Assembly (NCBI GenBank): GCA_025786725.1
Contig: JAHLTZ010000016.1
Span: 477,154 to 541,153 of the forward strand
DNA: 64,000 nucleotides
Direction of reading: 5' to 3'
From: Syncephalis fuscata S228
Lineage: Eukaryota > Fungi > Zoopagomycota
A model generated the notes under the pieces. It searched no databases, was not told the DNA's origin, and saw only the letters and a program-made list of their open reading frames with translations. The translations under genes were made by a program, and so were the position numbers. Numbering within the stretch: the stretch's first letter is position 1; every line of letters begins with the position of its first letter. Positions 38,162 through 54,276 of this stretch are shown piece by piece.

Positions 38162-41100
38162 ATGGCTTTTAATCCCCAGGAAATGACCGAGAAAACGGTC
38201 AGCATCATCAATGCATCTATTGAGATGGCACAGTCTTATCAGAATGCGCAGCTGGTAAGTAACATCAATAAATATATCAAAAAGTGATTGAAGCTAATTA
38301 CAATGCCTTTTATCTAGGCTCCGGCTCATATCGGCTGTGCTCTAATGGAGGACGAAGAGCATTTAATGCGCAACATTGTGCAAAAAGCAGGTGGCGATCC
38401 ATTGATGGTTGAACGTGGACTAAAACGTCTACTTGTACGTTTGCCTGCACAAGATCCACCACCAGATCAAACATCTATGTCGTCGGCAGCGCTGAAATTG
38501 CTGAAAAATGCAAAGGATAAGCAGAAGGCGCAAAAGGATGCACACTTGGCTGTCGATCATTTGATTCTTGCGCTTATGGATGATCATGATATTGCTAACG
38601 CGCTGACTGAAGGTGGTGTATCCAAGAAATCTCTTGAACAAGCCGTAGCTCAGGTGCGTGGCAATCGCCGTGTCGAAAGCCGTACTGCAGAGGAAGGCTA
38701 CGACGCACTGAACAAGTATGCAATCGATATGATTGCATTGGCAGAAAGCGGTAAAATTGATCCGGTCATTGGCCGAGATGATGAGATTAGACGCGTCATT
38801 CGTGTTTTATCTCGTCGCACCAAAAACAATCCTGTACTTATCGGAGAACCAGGTGTTGGTAGGTTGTTTATAGGTTGTGTTATTTTCCGCTAATACAACA
38901 CTACATAGGTAAAACGGCTATTGTTGAAGGATTGGCGCAGCGTATTGTGCGTAAAGATGTGCCAATGAATCTGCAGGCTAAGCTTTATTCGCTAGACATG
39001 GGTGCTCTAATTGGTAAGGAATTATGTGTAAACAATAGTACTAAGTATTCTAATACTACTATAAATCCTAGCTGGTGCAAAGTATCGAGGTGAATTTGAA
39101 GAGCGCCTTAAATCAGTACTGAAAGAAGTAAAGGAAAGTGAGACAGGTGTTATTTTATTCATCGATGAAATTCACTTGGTATTGGGTGCCGGCAAGACAG
39201 AAGGAGCTATGGATGCGGCTAACTTGTTGAAGCCTATGTTGGCACGAGGCGAATTACGTTGTATTGTAAGGCACTGATATATATAAAATTAATTATGGAT
39301 GTTAACGTTTATATGCAGGGTGCTACAACACTCGATGAGTATAAAAAGTATATGGAAAAAGACGCTGCTTTTGAACGTCGATTCCAACAAGTTCAAGTTG
39401 GTGAGCCATCAGTTACTGATACTATCAGTATTCTTCGTGGCCTTAAAGAAAAGTACGAAAACCACCACGGCGTCAAGATTGCAGATGCTGCATTAGTGGC
39501 TGCAGCCAAGTTATCAAAGCGTTATATAACAAGCCGGTTTCTACCGGATAAAGCCATCGATTTGATGGATGAAGCATGTGCAAACACCCGCGTACAGCTA
39601 GATTCACAACCGGAAATCATCGATCAATTAGAGCGGCGTCAGCTACAACTGGAAGTCGAAGCAACCGCTATGGCCAAGGAAAAAGATAGCGCAAGCCAAC
39701 ATCGACTGAAAAAGGTCAACGAAGAAATAAGCAAAATTCAAGACAAGTTGCAGCCGTTGAAGCTACAATACAGTATGCAAAAAGGTCATATCGATGAAAT
39801 TCGCACGCTTAAACAAAAGTTGGACGATATGCGCAACCGAGCTGATGAAGCAGAACGACGACGTGATTTGGCCAAGGCTGCTGATATTCGCTACTATGCA
39901 ATTCCAGATATCGAAAAACAATTGGCAAAGCTTGCACATGAGGAGGAAGAGCGTAAGAAACACGAGAGCGAACGACAAGCAAACATGGGCGAAGATGATG
40001 ATACAGATAGTGCACCAATGCTGACAGACGTTGTGGGCGAGGAACAAATTACAGAGGTTGTTGCTCGATGGACTGGCATTCCAGTACAGCGTCTTAATCG
40101 TACGCAGGCTGACCGTTTGCTTAAGCTGGAGGAAACGCTACGAAAACGTGTTGTAGGTCAGGAGGAAGCAGTCAATGCTGTTGCCGATGCTGTGTTGCGT
40201 AGTAGGGCTGGACTTGCACGGGAACAGCAGCCAACTGGTAGCTTTTTATTCCTTGGACCAACTGGTGTCGGTAAAACCGAATTGGCCAAAGCGTTGGCCG
40301 CTGAGTTATTTGATAGCGAGCAATACATGGTTCGTATTGATATGTCCGAGTATATGGAAAGGTAAGATAAATTTATTTATAGCTAGATTTAGATTGCAAA
40401 ATACTAAAAAATCTATCTATGTTCAGTCATTCAGTGTCACGTTTAATTGGTGCACCGCCCGGCTACGTTGGCTATGACGGAGGTGGCCAACTGACCGAAG
40501 TTATTCGGCGTCGACCTTACACGGTTGTGCTGTTCGACGAAGTTGAAAAGGCCCATCAACAAGTGCTGAATATTCTACTTGAGGTACTCGATGATGCTCG
40601 ACTCACCGATGGACGAGGTCGTGTTGTCGATTTTAGCAACACAGTAATTATTCTTACGAGTAATATTGGCCAGGAACATATATTAGCTGGTACACAGAAA
40701 GACGGCCACATTAACGCGGCCACACGTGAACTAGTGCTTAGCGATATGAAACGATTCTTCCGACCTGAGTTTCTAAATCGACTCGATGATATTGTTATGT
40801 TTTCAGCATTGACTCCAGAGAATCTGCGCGATGTTGTGCGTATTCAAATTGACCGAGTGGCCGCACGTCTTGCCCAGCGTCACATCGCACTAAGGATCAA
40901 GGATAAGGCGCTTGATGTGATTGTTGAAACATCCTATGACCCGTCGTTTGGAGCACGGCCTCTACGACGCTATCTGGAAAAGTACATTGTAACGCAAGTC
41001 AGCCGTATGTTAGTTGGCGGCGACTTATCCGAGAGATCTTTGGTTATTGTTGATGCCGACGAAAAGCACAAATTGGTATTTAAGGTCGAGCCATTACCCG

Positions 41101-41177
41101 ATAACATGGTATTAGAGGATGAAGCCAGTACTGGCGCACTTACTACCGATGCCATGCCCATTGATCCCGTTGAGTAA
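38162..41177 (+). CDS. HSP104: Hsp104/ClpB AAA+ disaggregase, 6 exons
   Basis: [62 protein letters not shown], the coiled-coil M-domain, [21 protein letters not shown] and FGARPLRR. Confidence 0.97.
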
Positions 41178-41798
41178 GGCAAGCGTAAACAATAAATATT
41201 AGTACTAGGACTAACATCAGGTTATCATATACTTTATTTTACCACTAATATAGTTTTGAGAACGGTGACGACGTTGCGCCAAAGCGACGACGTATTAATA
41301 AATGACAATATTTTTAATAAGCAATATGGTTTATTTTAAATGCCAAGCTTTATTACCAAATCATTTAGAGTTACTCTGCAAATATACGCAATAATCATGC
41401 AATAGGTTATAATGTTTAAATATATCATTAAAATTATAAAACATATTAATAATATGGATACTTTCAATTGTATAGTTGCGCAAAATGTGTAAAAGAAGAA
41501 ATTACCAAATAGTTACAATATTGCTATTGCCACTTTAGTCAAAGCATTATTGATAAACCTACTAATTACGCTATAACCACATTTGGTAATACTAATTAAG
41601 TGAAATTCAGCTTACTAACTAAATAAATTGATTAAAATATAGAATCTATTTTATAAATATCGAATAGATTTAGTTACAAAGATAAACAACAACAAAATGA
41701 TGCTATACTTAATGTTTATTACCAATTGTTGAAATCAATATGCACAGTTATATTTTTATTTATAAAAAATTCAAAAACCATTGGCAAGTACATTACTA

Positions 41799-43284
41799 TT
41801 ATTGAGAATTAATAGTAACGTATCTGTTAAATGGAACTTGATCAGATTTATTATGCTTAAATGCAAACATAGCATTAATATCTTGAAAGCTTTTTTGTTT
41901 TGTTTCAAGTAATATTAATTGGCACCATAGAGCACCTAGTAAACATATGATGCCATAAAAAACAAATGCTATCCATCCAAGTGATGTAAGCATCATTGGC
42001 GTAATCTGAGTAAAGATAAAACTGCACGCAAAGCTAAACATGGTACTTGCGGCCATTGCTTTACCGCGGACGTGTTGAGGAAATATCTCTGCCATATAAA
42101 TTCGCGATACCGGTTCCCAGCTATATGAAAATGCCGCAACAAATAGTGTCACCATAGCCAGCACCCAGTAGCCTCTGCTTCGAGATGGCTCGCTTGTTTC
42201 CCCTGTTTTTACTAAAGTACTAATAGCTATCATGGCGGCACCCATAAGAAAGCCACCAGTTGTAAAAATTGTCTTACGGCCAATTCGATCAACCAAGAAA
42301 ATGCCGACAAAGCAACCTAATAAATTGGCAAAACCTTTACCAATACTTAATCCTAATTGCTCAGAAACATTGGTGATACCAGAATCATGAAGTATGACTG
42401 GTAAAAAAAATGCTATGGCGTTGATGCCGCATAGCTTTTGCAGACCATTGATGGCGAAACTAATTAGTAATCGTCGCCACATGCCATTTTTTACAACAAA
42501 GAGCCACGATGTCTTATTCGATTCACGTTCCTCGTCCATTGATTTTAACATTTCAATAATTTCCTCATCTATTTTCGGATCATCTATCTGTATTCCATGC
42601 AATTTGGCTAAATTATAACGAGCCAGTTTGTCGTTTTGTTTGTAAAGCAGCCAGCGTGGAGATGCTGGTGACCAAATCATACCGATAATAATAAATAAAG
42701 ACGGCATCATTTGAACAGATAACATAAGCCGAAAACTGCCATTTCCATCGATAAAACTGGCACCATAATTGAAAATGTTTGAGATAAATAACCCAAGACA
42801 GAAGTTGATTTGAACCAAATACACAAACATGCCGCGCCATTGTTTTGGTGCTATTTCTGCAATGTAAAGGGGTGCGGCTACACCTGCAATACCCATAGAT
42901 AGGCCAGATATGAATCGACCACTATACAGCATTGAAAGGTTAATGGCTGTTGTTTGTACTAATCCACCAATGATTGCTAGAAATGCAGCAATAATAATAG
43001 CTATACGACGACCAAGTCTGTCTAGCGTGTACATGTGAATATCAAAACACTATAAACTATAGTTAAACCAGCTTACCAGAAATGTATCCGGCAAATATGG
43101 AACTTAAAAATCCGCCTATTATAAGAATGGATGCAATAAAACCTTTAGCTGTATCGCTGCTTGATTTAAAATATGTTTCAGCAATCGGAAGAGCAAAGAA
43201 TCCATTAAGAACACCATAGTCGGCACCCATATACAAGCCACTAAGCGACGCTGATACGGCTGACCATACCAAAAGCCCACGCAT
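41799..43284 (-). CDS. MFS sugar porter; exons 43284-43077, 43021-41799
   Basis: GADYG, SDRLGRR, GRFISG, PLYIAEIAP, SPRWL, DRIGRK, AEIFP..RGKA and ETKQKS motifs across 12 hydrophobic segments. Confidence 0.93.
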
Positions 43285-44249
43285 TGTAATAAAGTAAAAT
43301 TTGAAATAAATAATAGAGTAATAGAAATAGTAAATACAGATAATCAAGATATAAAGGAATAAAGTATGATGCTGTCTTCAGCAACAGAGCACGTATGCAC
43401 ATACACATTCGTTCACGCATGCTATTTATGCATGACTGCGTGTTAGAGTCTTGGCATTTAAAAAAATTATAATAATTATTACGTGTACATGGCGTTTGTT
43501 ATAATTTATTATAATTAACAATAACCTTAAAGTCTCGCCAACATCTATTCGTGTAATTTAGTTATAAAAACCAGAGTCTTGTATTGCATAATGTTTTATA
43601 GTACCAGGTTTGACACGCTATTGTAGCAAAGTTATTCGTCCGCAATGAAATGCTTTAGCAATAATGAATAAAAGATTAGTAATTAATAAGCATTCTTTAC
43701 TCTTTTTGAATCGATTTGACTTTTAATAGTTTATAAATTTTAAATAGTAATTTCAATAGTAAACAAGAATGTAGTGTGTCATTTTTAGCTTTTATAACAA
43801 TAATAGTTACTATTTTAGTGTGCAGAAATACTGATGATTAAATATATAATAAACAACGTGAAAACATTAGGTTTTTAGTATTTAGAATGTTTGAGCTTCG
43901 ATATGATTGTTACTAAACTTTGATTTGTTGTAAATTACGCACTTAGCTTAATAATTTACTAAGCTTATGTTCCATTTATGCTGACAATATAGTTGTACTT
44001 TAAAACTTAATTTTTATTTTATGTGCTATGGCTAATAATCTATGGTAGATGTTTTGACGTTTGATATAGCCATTATAAAGCAGCAGACGGTACAGCTACA
44101 TGTGACATTTCAAAGGAAACACAGTATGAAGGAATAAGGCAAATAAACTGGTTTATTATTGTGTAAATTCTCGCTTGTTCTTTTGTCTTTGTTTTTAATA
44201 GCTATTGTTCTTTTTCTAATTTTCAGCTTTGGAATTCAAAAACATAGCC

Positions 44250-44954
44250 ATGTCATCTTTGGCGACCTATGAGGAAGCAGCAGTGTTTAAACGACGGCTT
44301 AATAAGCGCTATGCTGCTGAACTACCTCATTTGGTATCAGCTATAACCTATCGTGCGCAAATTGAAAATGTCACTATTGCTGATATCACCGCCGACAAAC
44401 TCGTTCTAAACTATCGGCATCCAGCAGGCGGTGGCAGCGACACACTGCTTCACACATGTGAAGTCGCATTATCAACGAAAGCGCTATCCGCTGGCCAAGT
44501 TGATTGTAGCCATCAGGAGCATGTCATTGCCCAATTGATGAACAAAGTGAAGTCGGTATCGGTATGTATAAATGAAGTAGTTTATAAACATTAGCTAATA
44601 GTCATTTTATAGACAACAAAACCGTACGTTGAATACTTTCAAATGCCTTCCAAGTCTGTATTTATTACAATTGTAGCTCTTTGTTTATACGTAATTCTAC
44701 TTAAGAAAACACCGTCGGCTATACGACCAAAATTGTTTAATCTTATGTATAGTATTTTCGGCGATCGTTTTATCACAGCTAGCTACTATTCCATGATATT
44801 TCTCCATACTTCAGAAACACTAGCGACATTGGTCATTTGTCGCCAACGAGGCTATAGCTGGTCGACAACACTACGCTGGATGATGGGCATATTGGCTACA
44901 GGATTTTTTACAATGCGTTTTCTATTCAATCCACGTCCTGCCATTAAACAATAA
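44250..44954 (+). CDS. Membrane protein with a DUF2470-like N-domain and a TMEM254-like C-terminal TM region; 2 exons
   Basis: LNKRYAAELPHLV..VTIADITADKLVLNY, then TM segments with LHTSETL..CRQRG...WMMGILATGFF. The family assignment is by pattern only. Confidence 0.55.
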
Positions 44955-45341
44955 GGATGACTAATATGAACTCTAGCCGAAATATTTGTTTTGCGCAAGT
45001 TGATTGCTTTAATAATAATAATAACAACAATATGACTACAACATTTTGTCGATGGATCAGTGTTTCATGTATCATGCCAACGGCTGTATCAATTCATCAT
45101 GCTAAGGCAAGATACTATCTATGATTCACATGTAGATACTATGATGTCATTGGACTTGGTAGCACATGGTTGATCAAGTTTTTCAGTAGAATTACTCTTT
45201 TATTCTTTACAGTAATTCTCTTGAACTTCGCCTTCATATATCTCAAAAGCATACCTGTACGCAAACGCAGTTGAACGCAATCTTACACTCATATTCCCCG
45301 TGCCATACTATCTACCTGTTCTATTGCCGCAAGATCAAGTT

Positions 45342-46931
<1,590 letters not shown>

Positions 46932-47323
46932 ATAGATTATTTATTGGTATATTGTTGATTAAACCAGGAGTGTATCCTACACTTATCCAACGACGTGTCA
47001 TGTTCTAAATTTAGTTCCATTGTCATTGTTAACTTCAGTCCCGATATTTTCCGGTTGTCCATGATTCATTGATGTATTCACACCCTTGCTACTATCGTTC
47101 ACAGTGAGGTGTGTACGGATGCGATCAAGGTGCCGGGTCATTTATACGTGCAAACAATTTTCGTGATTCAAATTCAGCCTTGCAAACACACACACACACA
47201 AAAAGAAGGCGGCGCGTGTATTAAAGCTGGTGGCCTGCGATAGCCTGTCGCCCACGTCTTTTTCTTTACTTTTTTCTACGCTTACTTGACTTTTTGTAGA
47301 AGATCCTATACCACTATTAAAAC

Positions 47324-47824
47324 ATGTCTGCTCCTGGTAGGTCATTTTTGTTTATAGATTACAACCGATAGCTTATCATCTTTTGTTAATACTATAGGTG
47401 ATGCCACTGCTGGTGCTAAGCTTTTCAGCACTCGTTGCGCTCAATGCCACACTGTCGACAAGGTAAGCCTATACATATACATTGGTTGCTAGCACGTCGT
47501 AAATCGATGCCCAGCCATTGTATTATTACTCAGCTAGATTATAACGACTAATCATTGCTTTGCTTTATTTTACTATAGGGTGATGTCAACGGCGTTGGCC
47601 CAAATCTTCACGGTCTTTTCGGCCGTAAGAGCGGTACGGTCGAAGGCTTTGCCTACACCAGTGCCAACAAGGATAAGGGTGTTATTTGGGAAGAGCAGAC
47701 CTTGTTCGACTATCTATTGAACCCAAAGAAATACATCCCAGGTACGAAGATGGCCTTCGCCGGCTTCAAGAAGGCCAAGGACCGCAATGATGTCATTGCC
47801 TACTTGAAGGAGGCCACCGCCTAA
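47324..47824 (+). CDS. CYC1: Cytochrome c; exons 47324-47336, 47398-47462, 47579-47824 (absent from the ORF track)
   Basis: [15 protein letters not shown] (CXXCH), [10 protein letters not shown] and [15 protein letters not shown]. Confidence 0.97.
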
Positions 47825-48273
47825 ATGTGTTTGCGTGGATTCGCGACAATCGCTTGATAAAATCAACTATAGACCAATCGCCAGGCTTTTTCTACACTTG
47901 GTTGTTTGGCCAGTGTGTTTGCAAACATTATTTTTAATAAAATGAACACTCGCTAAGTGTTATTCTTTTTATCTTTTGTAGTTTTCATTTGTAACTATTT
48001 ATCAGTCAATATCAATTATTATGCATTACTAATTGTTTATAATTGAATACTAATTAGACACATAATTACTATCAATGTCTTTTAACTGCTTATTTCAATT
48101 CATCCAATACATACACACATATAACACTAGCTAACATTATTAGCCAGTAGTCTCACGTCGTAAACTAGAAAATACACTATCTCAGCAATACCCAATTTTA
48201 ATAATTTCAGGAATGCATAGAACACGATCGCACACGAGCAAATAGGACGAGTTCTGCTAAATGCAAAGCTACT

Positions 48274-49175
48274 TTACTCCAGTTGTTGGACTGGGAATTC
48301 GAACTTGACATCCTTGCCGGTAAGCTTCTTGTACACGACAGAGAAGGTGTCCAACTTGTATTCAAGAGCGGTGGCGTCTTTCTTGTCAAGGAAGCTATTA
48401 TTAATAAAGCAATGGGTTAGTATTTGTAGCGTGCAGTTGTTCTCTCCTCTTTTAATATCATTTCTTTATAATTTGTACACCATGTCTATTTACTTACACC
48501 TTGATCAATTTGCTGCCATCAACCTTGACGCGAGTACGACGACCAACAATCTCAGTTGGGTAGACGAGATCCTCAAGGATCTTCTCGTGAACAGAGGTAA
48601 GCGTGCGGCTGCGTGGGCGCTTCTGTTGGACGCGAGCAGTGCGTGTTGGCTTGGCAAGAATGCGGCGTTGGGCAACAAAGACAATATGGCGGTCCGAGAA
48701 CTTCTTCTCCAACTCGCGGGTAAGGCGCTGCTGGACCTTGTGGAATTGCTTCAACTGTGGCACAGGAATGAAGACAGCGATGGCCTTCTTACCGTGACCA
48801 AGGTCGATCTAATAATAAAACAGTTTGATTAGTAAAATAATTATATAATACTACTATTGCCATAGTAGACACACACACACACGTCCGTATCAACATAATC
48901 ATTATAATATATTTATATCCGCAATAAATAAAATTATGACTATAATCTGATCTATTGTCATATTATGCTGCTATTGACGTAATATTTGTACCCTTTATGC
49001 CATTATTATTATAAATACTTACTTCCTTGGCAGAGGCAATGCGCAATGGGCGGAGGTCCTTCTTGATCTCGGCAACGTTGTTTTCCAAGTCGATGAAGGC
49101 TTGGGCAACTTGCAATTCGACTTCGGTGGCTGGAGCAGCACCTTCAGGCTTGAGAATCTTGTTAACAGCGGACAT
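48274..49175 (-). CDS. RPS7: 40S ribosomal protein eS7; 3 coding exons plus a 5'UTR intron at 49197-49737
   Basis: [45 protein letters not shown] and [23 protein letters not shown]. Confidence 0.97.
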
Positions 49176-50357
49176 GTTGTCACTAGCTAGTCGCGTCTGT
49201 TAATATTGTAATAAATAAATGTATCAATAATTTGTCTCTTTGCAGTTCAGTGCATTCATGCTGGATTCATTGCTTAATAGCCATAATCGTTTAATGGCAC
49301 ACGCGTAACAGCAACAGCAGCAGTTTTATATACAGTCTACAATAAAGGAATACCCAAAGCTGCTTATATTACTACGCGATTCACATTCAAGCAGTAGCAT
49401 TGCTATTATAGCATGATTCCATGCATGTCCCGCATCAACTCTATTATCTCGTAGTAGTAGCCAATATACCAATATAATAAATATCCATCCATCCATCCAT
49501 CCATCTATAAGCATAACACGTATCTAGAGGCTTATTGCTAGTAATATCTAGTAATAGTAGAGTGGATAAAGACATTCGTCTTGTTGGCCGCTGTATTCAT
49601 TCATTCATCCATTCATTTAATATCTATTCATCCATTCATCCATCCATCTATTATAGACCTAGACTACGACTGTATATACTGCTACAATGCACGCGTGCTG
49701 CATCGATGTTTATAAATTGCTCCTGGCTGCTACTTACGTTCGTACACCGTGTGGATGTTAAATCGTCCACCACTTTCGGCTTTTGGAAGAGGAGGGAGCC
49801 ACTAGGCGGAGCGCTTGCTGATGAGGCAGTTTTGGTGACATTCGACCACCAAACAGCCATTCTCCACCACTCACCTCTTCACTCACTCGCACACAACACA
49901 CAACACACACCACTATATTACATACTTTTCAAACAGTATTTGATTTCTGTATAATAATATAGCTACTGCGTTGTTTAATAAATATGCTGAACTGTTTGTA
50001 TGGTAATAAAAATATTGGCTATATTTATTAGTAATATATTGAAATGGTCTATCGTTAATTAAGTATTAACATGATATATAATAGTATGAATAACTAAGTG
50101 ATCTATTCAGTTGGTATTGCGGCCATTATTCGTAATAGCCAGCGTATTTTATAGCTATATTATTGTACAGATAGGCTTTAAACATACTAATAAAGATAAT
50201 TATAGATCATTTACACTGTTTAATAAAATAGCACTGTCACATCAACAATAGACACGTCTCCATATCAACGCACTGTTCGTATCCTGGTTTTGCCAATATT
50301 TGTACTTCTTATTTACTGCTAACGTTTTCAATTCCAAAGTTTCGTACCATCATCACC

Positions 50358-51010
50358 ATGACTGAATTACCCGACTACTATAATGTGCTGGACGTGCCAC
50401 GAACAGCCACTGCAGAGGATATTCGGCGTGCGTACCAACGGAAGGCACTTGAATGCCATCCAGACCGTAACAATCAGTCCCGGGCTTCGACGGTCCAATT
50501 CCAGCAACTGGCCGATGCCTACTATGTACTCGGTGACGAAAGCGTCGTCGAGCATATGATATCGCCACGCGCACACATCGGCCGTATACACAGCACAGGC
50601 ATGCTGACGCCGAGAATGTCTTCGATGATGCTTTTGAGGAACTACTTCGACCAGAAGTGGCTGACCCCGGCTGGTTTTGGTGGCTAGTTGGCGGTATTGG
50701 TGGATTTTTAATTGGGTTCATTATTGCCAATATATTCGGAGCACTTATGGTAAACTGATTATCAATTACTTTGTTTAGTATCTCTAGCGATAATGACACT
50801 AATGCATCTGTTAATAGGGCGCTTATTTCGGTAGTAAGCTAGGTCGTATTCGTGACAATAAAGGTAGGTTGGTTGATATGTAGGCCGGCGTACACACTGT
50901 TTATTTTACCGATACGAGCAGGTGTTCCTGTGGCCCAAGTATTTAATCGCATGACGCATGATCAAAAATTTCGTATTTTGCAAAGACTTGCTGCTCGTTT
51001 GATATCGTAA
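50358..51010 (+). CDS. DnaJ-domain protein with a C-terminal glycine-zipper/TM region, paralog A; apparent 1-nt frameshift near 50540
   Basis: DYYNVLDV..HPD..FQQLADAYYVLGD, then +1 frame RRRAYD..FEELLRPEV..WWLVGGIGGFLIGFIIANIFGA..KLGRIRDNKG. Confidence 0.88.
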
Positions 51011-51291
51011 CAAGTAGCTAAAGAAGACATTGATAGCAAGTTCCGTTGTGCTATGTGTGTAAATATAACATCAAGCAGCAGCCAGACAAACAGCTTATGT
51101 CGTCAAATGTGCTAAGCACAATAAAGTACAAGTTTCTCTGCAAAGTGTTACGGTTTTATGAAATTAGAATAAGTTTTAACAAAAAGTAACGATTAATTAA
51201 TAATGCAAATTTGGTAAATTATAAAACACTTATTATCAAATCATAATATATTTGTTAAATTGTATAGCTTAATTTTTGTTCATTGTAACAT

Positions 51292-52235
51292 TTAATTGTT
51301 TAGATGTCTTGTACTTGAAGTTTTATGCACGTTAAATTTACTATCTTTAATTGACTGTCCTGATGACATGGTACGTTTTCGTGTTGAGCCACAGTGGTAG
51401 ACTAGAATATTTGATGTAATAATCCTATTGCTAATATTAATATAGTTTTGGTGAATTAGACTCAATTACTTATTAATCCACAAGAAAACATATCTGAATA
51501 TAATTTGCCTACGTCAAACAATATAAATATTGCACAAACCATATTGCACAGCACTACAAAGCACATAGTTGAATGCCTTTATGTGCCAGTTCTTTTCATG
51601 CGTTAGATCCAAATGTCCAATAATAGCTATACAATATATAGCTGAATATTGGCGAAAATAAAGCGTTGACAGGTGTGATACCACCAAACCAGTACAAAGG
51701 TACCGAGTAAACGTAGTAAGCAGCACAGCCTCCTTTTGCACTGGTGGTAGTATAGATTGATGATATAGCCAAAGGCATAAATACCAATTGCGGCAATATA
51801 AGTAAAATACCCACAATTAGAACCCAACGCTTTTGTAAAAAAAACAATGTGTGCTTTTTGAAGCACAATTGTGTTGTTGCTTACGCTTGAACACGCAGGT
51901 GTTGCAACCATATACCAAGCAAATTGTCTGAAGTTGATCTGATTAAACAAGTATAAATATACAACTAATCTCCAAGCAGTGCCAAGTAAAGTGGAAACTA
52001 GGCAGCACTATTTAGAAAGTAGGCGTGGCTGCCTCTTGACCATTTGAATGGGTGTTACAAGTCTTTGTGTAAATACAACTGAGAAAATAGTATTAAAGGA
52101 TATTTGTAAATAGATTCCAACTATCCGATCTCTAGTAGCGCGTATATCATCTGGTATTTCTGTTGCAAATTCGTAAATGCACAGTTCGCCAGATGGATGT
52201 AGTGGAATGTTCCAAAACGTTGTAGGGTTTTTCAT
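51292..52235 (-). pseudogene. 7TM/GPCR-like membrane protein pseudogene (family I recall as expanded in Syncephalis-like fungi)
   Basis: FWNIPLHPSGEL start, LQKA, WFG and ILVYHC-type motifs. Stops at Trp positions (TAG 52010-52008, TGA 51598-51596), frameshifts, and a donor apparently mutated GTAAGT to ATAAGT near 51473. Confidence 0.7.
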
Positions 52236-53906
52236 CCAGTTCAGGTTGTTATGGCTAAAGTTTTAAATGTTGATCATGACTGCAGCATATATGATATATG
52301 TGCAAATATTTTATAAAAATAAAAGTAGACTAATTGGAAAAGATAGGGCCAACATTCTGATATCAAGTGTACATTGTAAAAGGACAGTGCAACGCTGAAT
52401 GAGTAAAAGTATGGTTGTACATCATACTTAATAAACCCGTATGCCTGCATGTAGTACGCGCATGCAAGTAAAAGGCGTTGGTGGACGTCATGTTTTCTGC
52501 TGAATGTTAGAACCAAACTTTTTACAATCATTGGCTTGGACCGCTACAACGGTTCTACACATGTTGGTTGGTTACACACGGACCAGCAAGATTCTTTTTG
52601 CGCAAATGAAAATACAATAGCTTTTTCAACTACTATGTTGCTATCAGTAGACTAAGACTTTCGTAATAACATAAATGATGAGTTGAGTAAAATGCTCAAG
52701 GTAATTGGGCTGCTTTTAAAAATTTATAATTTACAAGTATAAATAGATGGACACAATAAAAGGCAAAAATGCCTACTACAGTACATCAACGCCTTGAAAT
52801 TTCAAACAAACGCATGGAAAGTAGCATAAAACAATGTAAATGCACGAGACAGGGCGTGCCAAGTATCAAATTTACAGATGACGCAAATATAAGATAATGC
52901 CATAAAGTTTGTCTGCATGCCATGCTGTCACGGTCCAAGTTGAAGAATAGTTTGCAACTATTCATTGTCGTTAATTTTTCGATACCAGTATGAATAGTTA
53001 TAAAAACCAACTAATAAAATATACAGTGATTTTGTATTAAATAGTGTTTTTAAAGCATAATAACGTTTTACAGATAGCTTCAATTCCTCGATGTACATTA
53101 TGTTTTGGTCAATTTATTTATTCGCAACATTCATGTTATGTATTAGAAGAAACCAATTAAAAACAATTTTTTACATTAACATTCCATGGCCTTTAGTTGC
53201 TTTAATACGTGTGTTTGTACCATTGCTATAGACATATGTTTACGCTACTATAAGACACATAGTCAGTAGCAATGTACAATATTATTATTTCCAAACAATA
53301 TGCTATGACATTCTAAAAATTATTCGTGGCTTATTACAATTTACAACTTTAACTATTTCTAATTTGTAATAAGCCATTAACAAAATACCAAAATATTATA
53401 AACTAACGTTTTGCTATTAATAATATATTTGCACCCACATTTAAACTGTCATAATCCAAAGTTGGCTATAAACGCTATACTTATCCACAGTCGTTAAGTG
53501 ACTAATTTCAGCCTGTGTTTTTATTTTGCACAGCAACAAACCAGAATATTCTGCATAACAATTTAGTATAGTTGCAAATAAAGCATTATCTAAATACTTA
53601 ATTATGGTTGCTGTATGTCATTTAGATTTTTATTAAAATAAGCAGTTTACTTGCATCTATAATAGCTTATAGCTATTTTAAATAATAATCTTGAATAGAT
53701 TCATGAAGTCGTGTAGTACAAATAAACCAATATTTAGTTTGATAAGCCAATATTTTTAAGTCTAGTTACTGACTTGTAACATCTAATTTTATTTAAATTG
53801 CGGGAGCTATTGTGCTTTGACTCTTACATTTTTATTCACTCATTTTACCCCTTAGCACCTTTAGACACAGTTCAACATTCATCCATTACTATAGCATGTG
53901 TAATAC

Positions 53907-54250
53907 TGTGGTAGTTGTTCGTCTCCACGATTTATTGGGAGGCTCATCCTGAAAAGGATTTAAGTGTACGCTTAAAGTGAGAACTAAGATAGTAATTAAC
54001 ACGACACCTCAACTCTGAGATGTATACGATCACACGAATAGACTCGACAAGTACTCGGACTTGCTTTAAAATAAACGACTAAATATAACTTAAACGTGAA
54101 CTGCTCCTTGTTCTTTTTTTTATTTAATTATACGCGCACTATTCATCTTATTTATATTAAAAGCGCGCCATGCTTAGAGTGGCAAAGCCGAGCTATGTGT
54201 TCATCAGCTAAAATTAGTAAAATTGGCACCAGCACATTTCCTTTACCACA
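53907..54250 (-). repeat. 3' LTR (344 bp)
   Basis: Direct repeat of 59276-59616 with 7-bp terminal inverted repeats. Confidence 0.97.
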
Positions 54251-54276
54251 ACCGCGGGACCCTGTTGGAAGTTACT

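Noticed and set aside
47579-47600. Cytochrome c GDVNGVGP in place of the common GxxHKVGP
   Set aside because: The heme ligands and core motifs are intact and this loop is variable in fungi.
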